Source: Hyphomicrobiaceae bacterium (GTDB lineage: Bacteria; Pseudomonadota; Alphaproteobacteria; Rhizobiales; Hyphomicrobiaceae). Taken from it: a DNA stretch of 36,664 nt. The notes beneath the pieces are model-generated. The model was not told where the DNA came from. It saw nothing but the letters and a program-made list of their open reading frames with translations, and did not search any database. A program made the position numbers and the translations under genes. Positions 1 through 8,382 of this stretch are shown here, in pieces; the stretch's first letter is position 1; every line of letters begins with the position of its first letter. Where the stretch lies: NCBI GenBank assembly GCA_025359005.1, contig JANYHP010000425.1:1-36664 (forward strand). Direction: 5' to 3'.

Positions 1-1
1 G

Positions 2-268
2 CACGATCGAGAAGCCGCATTGGTTCAGGGCCTTACGCATCTCATCGCCCGCGTGCTCGTTCGTATGGAACCGTGGCCGACCCGGCTGACCACAGCGAGC
101 TTCGACCATCTCGTTCAAGCCATTGAAATGGTTCGCTATGATTCTGCCGAAGTGTTTGCAGCAATCGAACAAGCCAACCCATTCGCAGCCGAGGTTCGCG
201 AGAGATTCTTCTCTCTCGCAGCCGAACTGCGACAAGAACTGGAGGAGCATGCTGAGGCGCGTGATTGA
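2..268 (+). CDS. C-terminal part of a hypothetical protein, truncated by the window start
   Basis: Frame is open from base 2 (HDREAALVQGLTHL...) to TGA at 266-268. It reads as a natural helical, charged protein but I recognise no motif. Confidence 0.5.
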   Translation, partial: HDREAALVQGLTHLIARVLVRMEPWPTRLTTASFDHLVQAIEMVRYDSAEVFAAIEQANPFAAEVRERFFSLAAELRQELEEHAEARD

Positions 269-746
269 CGCTCCTAAGCGCAGTCGCGAACGAACGTAAA
301 CCGGACCCAAAAACACCGAACCGGTCGACGCTCAGGGCCATGGGCTGTCCTCCGCTTGCCGTCCCGACTTTCAGCTTTCCTACCCAAGACCCGACGAACG
401 CCAAGCTCGGCGTTCAACGATCTGCGCCAAGTCACTTCATGGCCCACTGTGCGCGTCCCCGGCATCACCGCTGCATGCTCGAAGTTGAGGGACAAGCTGC
501 CTGTCGTCAAGCGACCGGCGGGTCTTCGGCGGCGACCAACCGGCATCCTCGTGCCACAGTACGGAATGCCGCCGCCCGCTCGCAGGACGTCGCTGCGGCG
601 GGCCAAAGGAGCGGCGTAAGCGAGCGGGGTATTGAGGGGGAGGCTGCCGCTGCGATAGAACCCGCATCATAGAACCCTTGGTTGCCAGCCCTTACCGAGT
701 ACTTCTGCGTTCGTTGCCACTAACAGCCTGCAGAGACGCACCGAAG

Positions 747-1502
747 ATGCCAATGGGTCCACTCGCCGCGTTTCCGCTTGCCGCCATCGAGGCTGCCGCC
801 GTGCGCGGCTGGCCGGCGCGGGAGGCGATGGCGGTTGATGGTTGGCTGTGGCGGCAGACGTCGGGCGGCTCGATCCGCGCCAACACGACGGCGACGCTCG
901 CCTATACGGGCACGGATGTGGCGCTGAGTATCGACGCCATCGAACGCCTGGCCCGCGACCGCGGCGTGCCGGCGTGCTTCACAGTCTGCGACGCGTCAAT
1001 GCCGAGCGACCTGGATGCGCGGCTGGCCGCTCGCGGCTACACGCGCGGCACCGAGCACGTCACGATGGCCAAGTCGGTCGATCCTGCGGCGCCCGCGCCG
1101 GCGGCGATCGAACTTGCCACGGCCCCATCGCCAGGCTGGCTCGCGGCATACCTATCCGGATTGTCCATTGACCGCCGGCCTGTGGCCACCTCGATCCTGG
1201 CGCGCCTGCCGCGATCGGCCATCTACGTCGCCGCGCTCACCAACGGCGTGACCATTTCCAGCGGGCTCACCATTCCTGACGGCGCGGTCGCCTCGGTGCA
1301 GTGCATGGCGACCCTGCCGGATGCGCGGCGCCAGGGTGGGGGCGAACGCGTGCTCGCCGCCATCGAGCACGCCGCAGCGCGACACGGCGTGACGGTCCTC
1401 TACCTGCAGACCAGCGCCGACAATACGGCCGCACAAGCGCTGTATCGAAACCGCGGCTTCCGGATCGCCGGCCACTATCACACCCGCGCAAAAGTGTTGT
1501 AG
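747..1502 (+). CDS. GNAT family N-acetyltransferase
   Basis: Acetyl-CoA-binding motif A (MATLPDARRQGGG) and C-terminal LYLQT..N..AQALY..RGF, plus N-terminal GW..R...G...RAN typical of this GNAT subfamily. Start moved to ATG 747 (753 is also possible). Confidence 0.85.
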   Translation: MPMGPLAAFPLAAIEAAAVRGWPAREAMAVDGWLWRQTSGGSIRANTTATLAYTGTDVALSIDAIERLARDRGVPACFTVCDASMPSDLDARLAARGYTRGTEHVTMAKSVDPAAPAPAAIELATAPSPGWLAAYLSGLSIDRRPVATSILARLPRSAIYVAALTNGVTISSGLTIPDGAVASVQCMATLPDARRQGGGERVLAAIEHAAARHGVTVLYLQTSADNTAAQALYRNRGFRIAGHYHTRAKVL

Positions 1503-1693
1503 CGAACACGGAGCAACGCCGACTTGCTTCAGCACCAATTTGCGCCCACACGCCAACACGGCGCGGCGCGGCCTGCACGCGTCCCAGGCCGTCACGCCTT
1601 CGGCACAATGATCGTGTCCGAGTTGTTCCGGATTTGACGCGATCGCTGACAACAGTCAGCCCGCCCTTTTCGATACCCCTCAGAGGAAACCCC

Positions 1694-2794
1694 ATGAACA
1701 TCGCATCCATCGCCATGAGCCTCCTCACGCCGGCCATTGTCGGCCGCATCGCCAGCGCACTCGGCATCAGCCCGACCATCGCGCAGGCCGCCATCACCGC
1801 GATTATCCCGGCCATCCTCGGCGGCATGGCCTCCAAGGCAACCACCCCGTCGGGGCTCGGCGTGCTCACTGGCCTGCTCGGCCAGCAGAACCCGTCGGCC
1901 CTTGCCGGCCTCGGCGATATGATCGGCGGCGCCAATCAGGCGAGCCTCGTCACCGGCGGCACCACGGCCCTGAATACCCTGCTCGGCTCGTCGACGGCCG
2001 GCGCCCTGGCCGGCGCGGTAGCCAAGTTCACGGGCGCACCGGCAGCCGCCAGTTCCAGCCTGCTCGGCATACTCGCTCCCGTCGCACTCGGCACCTTGGC
2101 CCAGCAACAGAAGGCGAGCGGCCTCGATGCCGCAGGCGTCGCCAACCTGCTGGCCGGCCAGAAGGACAACATCGCCGCAGCCCTCCCCAAGGGCTTCGGC
2201 GACCTGCTGAAAGGTATCGGGCTTTTCGACGCCGGCAGCACGCCAGCCCCGGCCATGGCCGCCAAACCTGTCGCTCCGATGGCGCCCATCGCGCCCATGG
2301 CGCGGCCCGCACCGCACCCGATGGAGCACGCCGCCGCAGCCCGGCCCGAACCCGCCTCGGGTCTCGGCCGCTGGCTGCCTATCATTGCCGCAGCCGCCCT
2401 CGGCGTCGCTGCCTATAGCTTCTGGCAGAGCACGCGCAGCCCGCAACTGCCCCCCGTCGCCAAGATCGTCTATAACAATGTTGACCTGACCGCGAAGGCC
2501 GGCACGCTTTATGAGGGGCTGAAAACCTCCATCGCCGGCATCAAGGACGCGACCTCGGCCGAAGCCAGCCTGCCGAAACTGCGCGAACACGTTGCAGCCC
2601 TTGGCGATATCCGCGAGCTGCAAGACAAGTTGCCCGCCGACGGCCGCAAAGGCCTCGCAGCGCTGTTCGCGGGCTTTGCCCCCGCCCTCGAAGGTCTGGT
2701 ACTGACGGCCGGCAAGGCACCGGGCGCCGAAACCATCGTCAAGCCGCTGTTGGAGCAGGTGATGGAGCGCGTCAAGGCGTTGGCCAAGGGTTAA
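1694..2794 (+). CDS. DUF937-like domain protein with one transmembrane helix and a C-terminal helical domain
   Basis: GAGGA RBS upstream of ATG 1694. The Ala/Gly/Leu-rich N-terminus (IASALGIS...AIIPAILGG...LLGILAPVALGTL...GLDAAGVANLLAGQKDNI) resembles DUF937. It is followed by a Pro/Ala linker and the TM segment WLPIIAAAALGVAAYSFW. Confidence 0.75.
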   Translation: MNIASIAMSLLTPAIVGRIASALGISPTIAQAAITAIIPAILGGMASKATTPSGLGVLTGLLGQQNPSALAGLGDMIGGANQASLVTGGTTALNTLLGSSTAGALAGAVAKFTGAPAAASSSLLGILAPVALGTLAQQQKASGLDAAGVANLLAGQKDNIAAALPKGFGDLLKGIGLFDAGSTPAPAMAAKPVAPMAPIAPMARPAPHPMEHAAAARPEPASGLGRWLPIIAAAALGVAAYSFWQSTRSPQLPPVAKIVYNNVDLTAKAGTLYEGLKTSIAGIKDATSAEASLPKLREHVAALGDIRELQDKLPADGRKGLAALFAGFAPALEGLVLTAGKAPGAETIVKPLLEQVMERVKALAKG

Positions 2795-2820
2795 CCGTAA
2801 CAGTCTGAAATTAAGCATAG

Positions 2821-2856
2821 AAAGGGGCATTGCGCAGCGCGTGGTGCCCTTTTTTG
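2821..2856 (+). terminator. Rho-independent terminator
   Basis: GGGCATTGCGC-AGC-GCGTGGTGCCC stem (with G-U pairs) followed by a T run, about 30 nt after the stop at 2794. Confidence 0.7.
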
Positions 2857-3188
2857 CCTACCGGAAAACCGACCCGAGACTCACCCTCCCGCATGGCCCT
2901 GGGAGCGCCGCAGAAGGCGCAGGAGAGGCATCGCACACGCGGTGGCTAGGGTGGTGGCCTGGAGGGTCGAAATCGCACCAAATCGCAAATTTGGCGCAGC
3001 GTTTGCGTTAACGCTGTCGAGGCGCTTTTTCGGGGCTGCGCGGCCCGCGCGACCTGCGCGACAGACCAAAGCCGCGGCGCGGACATTGATGTGAATTTCC
3101 TCTTCCGCGAGCATAAATCATATTTCAGCAACCTGAAGTTAGGTTTTTAGTCCCTTAATCATCTCGCAGCCGTTCAGCGAGGCCACAC

Positions 3189-3596
3189 ATGCACGACATC
3201 CCGGCAGACCTCGACGCCTCCGAGCGGCGGCTCTGGCAGTCCATCCCGGCTGACATCCACCGCGCCCTGACGCCTGCCCAGATGTTGGCTCTGCTGGCCG
3301 CCGTAAAACCGGTGCCCGTCCGTCACGCACTCGCGCTCCGCGCCAGCTTCCGCGGGCTGGAGAAACGTTACTACACCGCCTTTTTCTTCGGCGAAGATGG
3401 CCGCAACATCGAACGCCTGCGCGCCGAGGGACAGTTGGATGCCATCCCCGTTGGCGTCACCTTCTTCGTACTGATAGCGGCGCTCGCCGCCTATGGCTTG
3501 GTACCGCTGCTGTTCCTCGTCTACATGGTCAAGTCGATGCTCGGTCTCGACCTGATGGACGGGCCGTCACCGATTCACACCCTGATTTGCGGGTGA
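3189..3596 (+). CDS. Small hypothetical membrane protein
   Basis: 135-aa ORF with host-like codon usage, a hydrophobic C-terminal segment and a YMVKSMLGLDL motif. Confidence 0.7.
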   Translation: MHDIPADLDASERRLWQSIPADIHRALTPAQMLALLAAVKPVPVRHALALRASFRGLEKRYYTAFFFGEDGRNIERLRAEGQLDAIPVGVTFFVLIAALAAYGLVPLLFLVYMVKSMLGLDLMDGPSPIHTLICG

Positions 3597-3651
3597 ACGG
3601 TAGCGGCGTATAGAAGCACGCGAGTTGCCGCTCAATCACAAGGCCCACGCC

Positions 3652-4248
3652 ATGTCCGCCGCCGATGATCGCCGCGAAATCCGTGACTTGCTGGAGAACT
3701 GGGTCGTCTGGCGCGACGCCGGCCACTGGGAGCGCTTCCGTACCGTCTGGCACCCCGACGGCGTGATGATGGCGACCTGGTTCCAGGGACCGTTCGACGA
3801 CTTTATCCGCGTCTCGCAAGAAGGTTGGAACAAGGGCGTCAGCATCCTGCACTTCCTCGGCGGCATCTCCATCGACCTCGCCGGCACGCGCGCCATTTCT
3901 CAAACCAAGATGACAATCTCCCAGCGCGGCCTGATCGAAGGCCAAATGGCCGATATCGTCTGCACCGGGCGCTTCTACGATTTCCTCGAAAAGCGCGACG
4001 GCCGCTGGGGCCTCGTGCTGCGGCAACCCATCTACGAAAAAGACAGCGTCATGCCGGTCGATCCCGCGGCGCGCATCGTCCTCGATCAAATCCTTTTGGC
4101 CCGCTTCCCCGTCGGCTATCGCCATCTCGCCTACGTGCAGTCGCAGATCGGCTATACGGTGAAGCCCGACATGCCCGGTCTCAGAGGGCCTGAAGTCGAC
4201 GCCCTCTATGCCCGCGGCGCCCGCTGGCTCGCCGGCGAAGCGCGTTGA
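3652..4248 (+). CDS. SnoaL-like / nuclear transport factor 2 family protein
   Basis: DRREIRDLLENW...RDAGHWERFRTVWHPDG...HFLGG...GRFYDFLEKRDGRWG is a SnoaL_4-type pattern. Start at ATG 3652. Confidence 0.85.
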   Translation: MSAADDRREIRDLLENWVVWRDAGHWERFRTVWHPDGVMMATWFQGPFDDFIRVSQEGWNKGVSILHFLGGISIDLAGTRAISQTKMTISQRGLIEGQMADIVCTGRFYDFLEKRDGRWGLVLRQPIYEKDSVMPVDPAARIVLDQILLARFPVGYRHLAYVQSQIGYTVKPDMPGLRGPEVDALYARGARWLAGEAR

Positions 4249-4413
4249 ACGCCGCATCCGGTGCTTATCGGGTCAACGGGCCCGGCAACGGTACCTTCGC
4301 CATCCCCTTCGAACGACGCTTGCAGGGCGGTCGCGCTGAAGTAGAATGACGCAAAGTCTGGAGAGTTCCAATTCGAGGGCACGGGCCGCTGACACGAGCC
4401 GCAGGAGATAGGC

Positions 4414-4869
4414 ATGGCGGTACTTTTCCGGATACACCTGCTGGTGACAGCCGCATACCTCTTGCCCGCATCTGCGATGGCGCGCGATGCCGCCGACGCG
4501 GCCGCGAAATGGGGCATGATCGGCACTTGGGCACCTGATTGTACAAGCGGGCCAAGCCGATCGAACGTCTATCTGATCTATCAACGGCGGTCCGGCGGGC
4601 GATTGGTTCACAAGCGCGATTTCGGCGACGCGCGTGACGAGAACGACATAACCGAAACGACGCTCCTGCCGGACGGAAAGCTTGAATTGGTGTTCGATTT
4701 GAAAAGCCTGTCACCTCCCCAAAAGCGGCGCGCCGTTTTCGAGAAAGTGTCAGACGACGTTTATCGGGCGTTCGAGAACCAGGTCGTTGGCACGTCGGAT
4801 TTCTCGGTCAAGGATGGCAAGTTGCTCAGCACCGGCGCCCCGATGCGCGTGGCTAACCGCTGCCGCTAA
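4414..4869 (+). CDS. Secreted hypothetical protein
   Basis: AGGAGA RBS, a signal peptide ending ASAMA, and a GTWAPDC motif with a second Cys at the C-terminus (possible disulfide). Confidence 0.75.
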   Translation: MAVLFRIHLLVTAAYLLPASAMARDAADAAAKWGMIGTWAPDCTSGPSRSNVYLIYQRRSGGRLVHKRDFGDARDENDITETTLLPDGKLELVFDLKSLSPPQKRRAVFEKVSDDVYRAFENQVVGTSDFSVKDGKLLSTGAPMRVANRCR

Positions 4870-5283
4870 GGCGGCGCTCGATCACTATACACCGAGCCGT
4901 TCGCAGCACCGGTACCATAGTTCGATCACGCCTTCGTGATCGCGTCGCCATAGTTCGGTCTCATCCCCTCCCATGATGGCGCAATGACGCGGTGGGGTGC
5001 AGTACCGTCGTCTCCGGGAGCCTGTCGGCATCCCGGGCCCGGGTTGGCGATTGAGCGACCCGGCGAACCGCGAAGACAGCGGATCTGCAAGTTCCGCGAA
5101 CCTAACATCGACCTTTGGCGGGCCTTGGCCTGCTCTGGGTTCCGCGCCCCTGTCGGCGCGATCACCGCCGCTCTGCGCCGGCCCGATCGCGTTGCTCATC
5201 GTCACCATGGACCGCCGTGGCGCGCATCTGAGAGTGCGCGATAAACCATCGCTTTCCGAACGCACGATCGCTGGAGAATCACC

Positions 5284-6483
5284 ATGACCCACTCTCGTTC
5301 GACACAACGCCATCCCGCTTACAGCTTCGGCATCGAGGAGGAATACTACCTCGTCGACCGCACCACGCGCGCGCTGGCCAAGGACCCGCCACGCCGGCTG
5401 CTGGCAGGGCTGAAGACTGCCCTCGGCGCCAATTTCAGCGAAGAATACATGCGCTCGCAGATCGAGATCAGCACGCCCGTCTGCACTTCGGCTGCCCAAG
5501 CGCGCACAACCCTTGTCGATATGCGCCGCACCATCGCCGACGCCTGCCGCCGCCATGGGCTGGCCCCCATCGCCGCCGCCACGCATCCGTTCACGCTGTG
5601 GCGCCAGCAGCGCCATCGCGACGTCGCGCGCTACAACGCCATCGCCGACGACTTCCAGGCGCTTGGCCGTCGCATGCTGATCTGCGGCCTTCACGTCCAC
5701 ATCGGCATCCCCGACCCGGATCGGCGGATCGCGCTGATGAACGATCTTAGGCCCTATCTACCGTTGTTTCTGGCGCTATCGGGATCATCGCCCTTCTGGG
5801 GCGGAGAGAACACCGGGCTCAAATCCTACCGCACCGCCATCAACGATTCGACGCCGCGTAAAGGCATTCCGGAACCCTTCGCGTCCTGGGCCGATTTCGA
5901 GCGCACCACCGCCACACTCATCGATGCCGGCGTGATCGAGGACGCCACCAAGATCTGGTGGGACGTGCGGCCCTCCGTGCGCTATCCAACGCTTGAGGTG
6001 CGCATCATGGACGTCTGCCCGTCGGTGGACGACGCGATCGCGCTGGCGTCGCTACTGCGCTGTCTCTGCCGCTTCCTCGACCGCACGCGGACCACGCGTC
6101 GAGCAATGCCGGTGCCGAGCGTACTCGTCGATGAGAACCGCTGGCGGGCACAGCGCTACGGCCTCTCGGCCGGCCAGATTGATACCGAGAACGGCGGCCT
6201 CATTCCCGTGTCCGATCTTGTCGCGAGTGTGCTTGATCGGGTCGCCGACGACGCGGTCCACCTCGGCTGCGTCGACGACGTGGACCACGTCCGCACCATC
6301 GTTGCGCGCGGCACCAGTGCCGACCAGCAGCTCGCCCGCTTTGCAGCACTCCGCTTAACCGGCCGCCCGCGCAAGCTGGCCCTCGCCGGCGTCGTCGACG
6401 CGCTGATCGAGACAACCGCGTCACGCGATGACGCGGCGGCGCCGGCCGAGCGTGCATCGTCGCTGAATGCGCTCGCACCGTAG
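5284..6483 (+). CDS. ybdK: Carboxylate-amine ligase, YbdK / glutamate-cysteine ligase family 2
   Basis: Motifs FGIEEEY, SQIEIST, AATHPF, ICGLHVHIG, SSPFW, IWWDVRP, TLEVRIMD and ENRWRAQRYG. GGAGA RBS. Confidence 0.9.
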   Translation: MTHSRSTQRHPAYSFGIEEEYYLVDRTTRALAKDPPRRLLAGLKTALGANFSEEYMRSQIEISTPVCTSAAQARTTLVDMRRTIADACRRHGLAPIAAATHPFTLWRQQRHRDVARYNAIADDFQALGRRMLICGLHVHIGIPDPDRRIALMNDLRPYLPLFLALSGSSPFWGGENTGLKSYRTAINDSTPRKGIPEPFASWADFERTTATLIDAGVIEDATKIWWDVRPSVRYPTLEVRIMDVCPSVDDAIALASLLRCLCRFLDRTRTTRRAMPVPSVLVDENRWRAQRYGLSAGQIDTENGGLIPVSDLVASVLDRVADDAVHLGCVDDVDHVRTIVARGTSADQQLARFAALRLTGRPRKLALAGVVDALIETTASRDDAAAPAERASSLNALAP

Positions 6484-6556
6484 GACGCGCCCGGCACCGG
6501 AAAGGGAGATGAGGGCTCTGCCCTCATACTCCCGCAAAAGGGCTCTGCTTTCGGTC

Positions 6557-6599
6557 GCGCGATTGATCGGAAAACCGCCACACACTTTTCCGATCGCGC
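6557..6599. repeat. RIME/Bru-RS-like rhizobial palindromic repeat unit
   Basis: GATCGGAAAA-CCGCCACACAC-TTTTCCGATC stem flanked by GCGCGAT/ATCGCGC. The reverse strand reads GGAAAAGTGTGTGGCGGTTTTCC, resembling the core of Rhizobiales intergenic repeats as I recall it. Confidence 0.6.
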
Positions 6600-6655
6600 C
6601 GCGGCCCTGTTGAAATCCGTTTGGGACGGGCGTGGCCGCACGGTGCAAAAGGCGC

Positions 6656-6707
6656 GGGTCCAGGGACGCGTCCCTGGTCGGGGATCGTCAAGGGGCGAAT
6701 GCCCCTT
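6656..6707. repeat. Twin-hairpin GGGTCCAGGG-type intergenic repeat, copy 1
   Basis: Perfect 18-bp palindrome CCAGGGACGCGTCCCTGG (6660-6677), then AAGGGGC-GAAT-GCCCCTT (6690-6707). A related element lies at 26699-26752. Confidence 0.5.
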
Positions 6708-6823
6708 ACATCGGCCGACAGGCCGAACAGGTGCCACCGCGCCACGTGCCAGGGAACCACAATTTGCACGTTGCAACCGAATCACCGCATCGAGCAGTTT
6801 CTTTTCATCGATCGCGAGGCGGC

Positions 6824-7729
6824 ATGGCAGTTTTCCTGGCAGTTGCGAACCGCAAAGGCGGCGTTGGCAAATCCACGATCTCCGTGGCGTTGGCGCAGGC
6901 CTTCGCCGCCTGGGGCGGCAAGCGCGTGCTGATGATCGACCTCGACAGCCAGTGCAACGCCTCATTGATCCTGATCGGTGGCCAGGGCTGGCGCGCCGCG
7001 CGCGACGCCGACAAGACCATCGCGGACTTTTTTTACGACCTGTTCGACGGCATCCCCGCTCAACCCCGTGACTACCTGATCCCCAACGTCGGCGACGTGA
7101 GCGATGCTGGCGGCAAGCCGTTGCGGCTCAATCTGTTGCCCGGCTCGCTGCTGCTGGAGGATATCCAGGGCGAGCTGTTCGTCCGCCAGGCGCGCGAAAG
7201 CACCAACCCTGACGTGGTGGCCAGCCGCGTCCGCGGTCGCATCGAAAACCTGCTGCGCCGCTACGGCGCGAGCTACGATCTCGTCATCCTCGATTGCCCA
7301 CCGGGCTTATCATTGGCTGCGTTAGCCGCGCTCAAGACGGCCGATCGCGTGCTGGTTCCCTTCAAGCCCGACTATGTGTCGCAACTCGCCGTCGATCGCA
7401 TCGCCCTGCTGATCGAGGACAAGGGCACCCTCGACGCGCTCGCCGCCGTTCCCTTCGAGCAGCGCCGCTACATCTGCGTTGCCAACGGCGTGCGCAACTC
7501 CGGCAAGGATCGCAACCTCATCGAGGAAATCGGCCTCTTCCATCCCATGCTCGACACGCAACTGCCGCAGAAAGAGTCGATCGCCAACGCCTTCGATTGG
7601 GCCCCTGGCCTGAAGTCGATCGAGGCAAAATACGGCGACGGTATCGCCGAGATCAAACGCCTGTACGCAGAGATCGCGCCGCTGGTTGATGCGGCTCTAA
7701 AGCCCGCAGCCAAGGCCGCCAACCAATAA
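6824..7729 (+). CDS. ParA/Soj family ATPase (orphan)
   Basis: Deviant Walker A KGGVGKST, A' motif IDLDSQCNAS and Walker B ILDCPPG. GAGG RBS before ATG 6824. Confidence 0.9.
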   Translation: MAVFLAVANRKGGVGKSTISVALAQAFAAWGGKRVLMIDLDSQCNASLILIGGQGWRAARDADKTIADFFYDLFDGIPAQPRDYLIPNVGDVSDAGGKPLRLNLLPGSLLLEDIQGELFVRQARESTNPDVVASRVRGRIENLLRRYGASYDLVILDCPPGLSLAALAALKTADRVLVPFKPDYVSQLAVDRIALLIEDKGTLDALAAVPFEQRRYICVANGVRNSGKDRNLIEEIGLFHPMLDTQLPQKESIANAFDWAPGLKSIEAKYGDGIAEIKRLYAEIAPLVDAALKPAAKAANQ

Positions 7730-7759
7730 CGATTCCGCAACCAATCCCCGGGAGGCGAT

Positions 7760-8245
7760 ATGGCACGCACGACCAAGCAGCTCTCGGGCGGTGGCAAGGA
7801 CAAGCTCCTCCGCGCGCTCGTCGCGACCGAAGCGCATATCTCCGCGGACGCCGCAGCCCGCCTCGGCGATACCTTGTGCAGTGCCATCGCCGACGTGCGT
7901 GTCCGCCGCGAGGCCTGGGAGCCGGTGCGGAACACTACGGCACCGGCAAATGGCAACAGTACGTCGCCACCGCCGCTTGTGCCTGTCGACGTCGCAGCAC
8001 CGGCGCCCGCCGCCGCCCCGTTCGATCCGTTCGCCTTCAGCGCGCTCGCGGTGTTAACAAAAAAGGGCTTTGCCGAACTCTCCGCCCGCCTCGCAACGAT
8101 CTCCTCGGCAACCGATCTGCACACTCTCGCCACCGCGCAGCATCTGACGGTCGAAGCCTCGTTGACCGAACTCGCCGCCCTGCGCGCGGCCATCGTCAAG
8201 GCGACCGAGCAGCGCCTCGCCGAGCGCCGCGCCGCCGCGAGTTGA
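7760..8245 (+). CDS. Hypothetical protein, probably co-transcribed with parA
   Basis: GGAGG RBS, 30 nt after the parA stop. Two helical blocks are joined by a Pro/Ala linker. Confidence 0.75.
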   Translation: MARTTKQLSGGGKDKLLRALVATEAHISADAAARLGDTLCSAIADVRVRREAWEPVRNTTAPANGNSTSPPPLVPVDVAAPAPAAAPFDPFAFSALAVLTKKGFAELSARLATISSATDLHTLATAQHLTVEASLTELAALRAAIVKATEQRLAERRAAAS

Positions 8246-8262
8246 ACGACCACCCGTGTCCT

Positions 8263-8352
8263 GTAGGTTGGGTCAAGCGTTTCAGCGCGACCCACCCCCA
8301 CACGCACCGGGCTTGCATGTTGGGTCGCGCGAAGGCTTGACCCAACATGCAA
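8263..8352. repeat. GTAG-type REP doublet (two inverted units) between convergent genes
   Basis: Unit 1 is GTAGGTTGGGTCAAGCG...CGCGACCCACC (8263-8296). Unit 2 (8313-8352) is an inverted related copy with a perfect 14-bp stem TTGCATGTTGGGTC/GACCCAACATGCAA. Confidence 0.7.
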
Positions 8353-8382
8353 TGATCGGCCCAACGCCAAACGACCACGCAT

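Noticed and set aside
1301..1693. N-terminal extensions in the ORF track (also 6632-6823, 11535-11924, 12391-12465 and 25336-25695)
   Set aside because: They overlap neighbouring genes or are low-complexity. Downstream ATGs coincide with the start of family similarity and most have an RBS.
1592..2830. 412-aa minus-strand ORF, and similar long ORFs at 10116-11630, 12619-13707, 14695-15717, 26636-28213 and 30799-31758
   Set aside because: Each lies antisense to a gene with clear family motifs and has an implausible Arg/Gly/His-rich composition.
3086..3099. FNR/FixK box (TTGAT-N4-ATCAA)
   Set aside because: Only the left half-site matches (TTGATGTGAATTTC).
6660..6677. parS centromere upstream of parA
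   Set aside because: The palindrome does not resemble TGTTTCACGTGAAACA, no parB is present, and a related element occurs at 26699 in an unrelated context.
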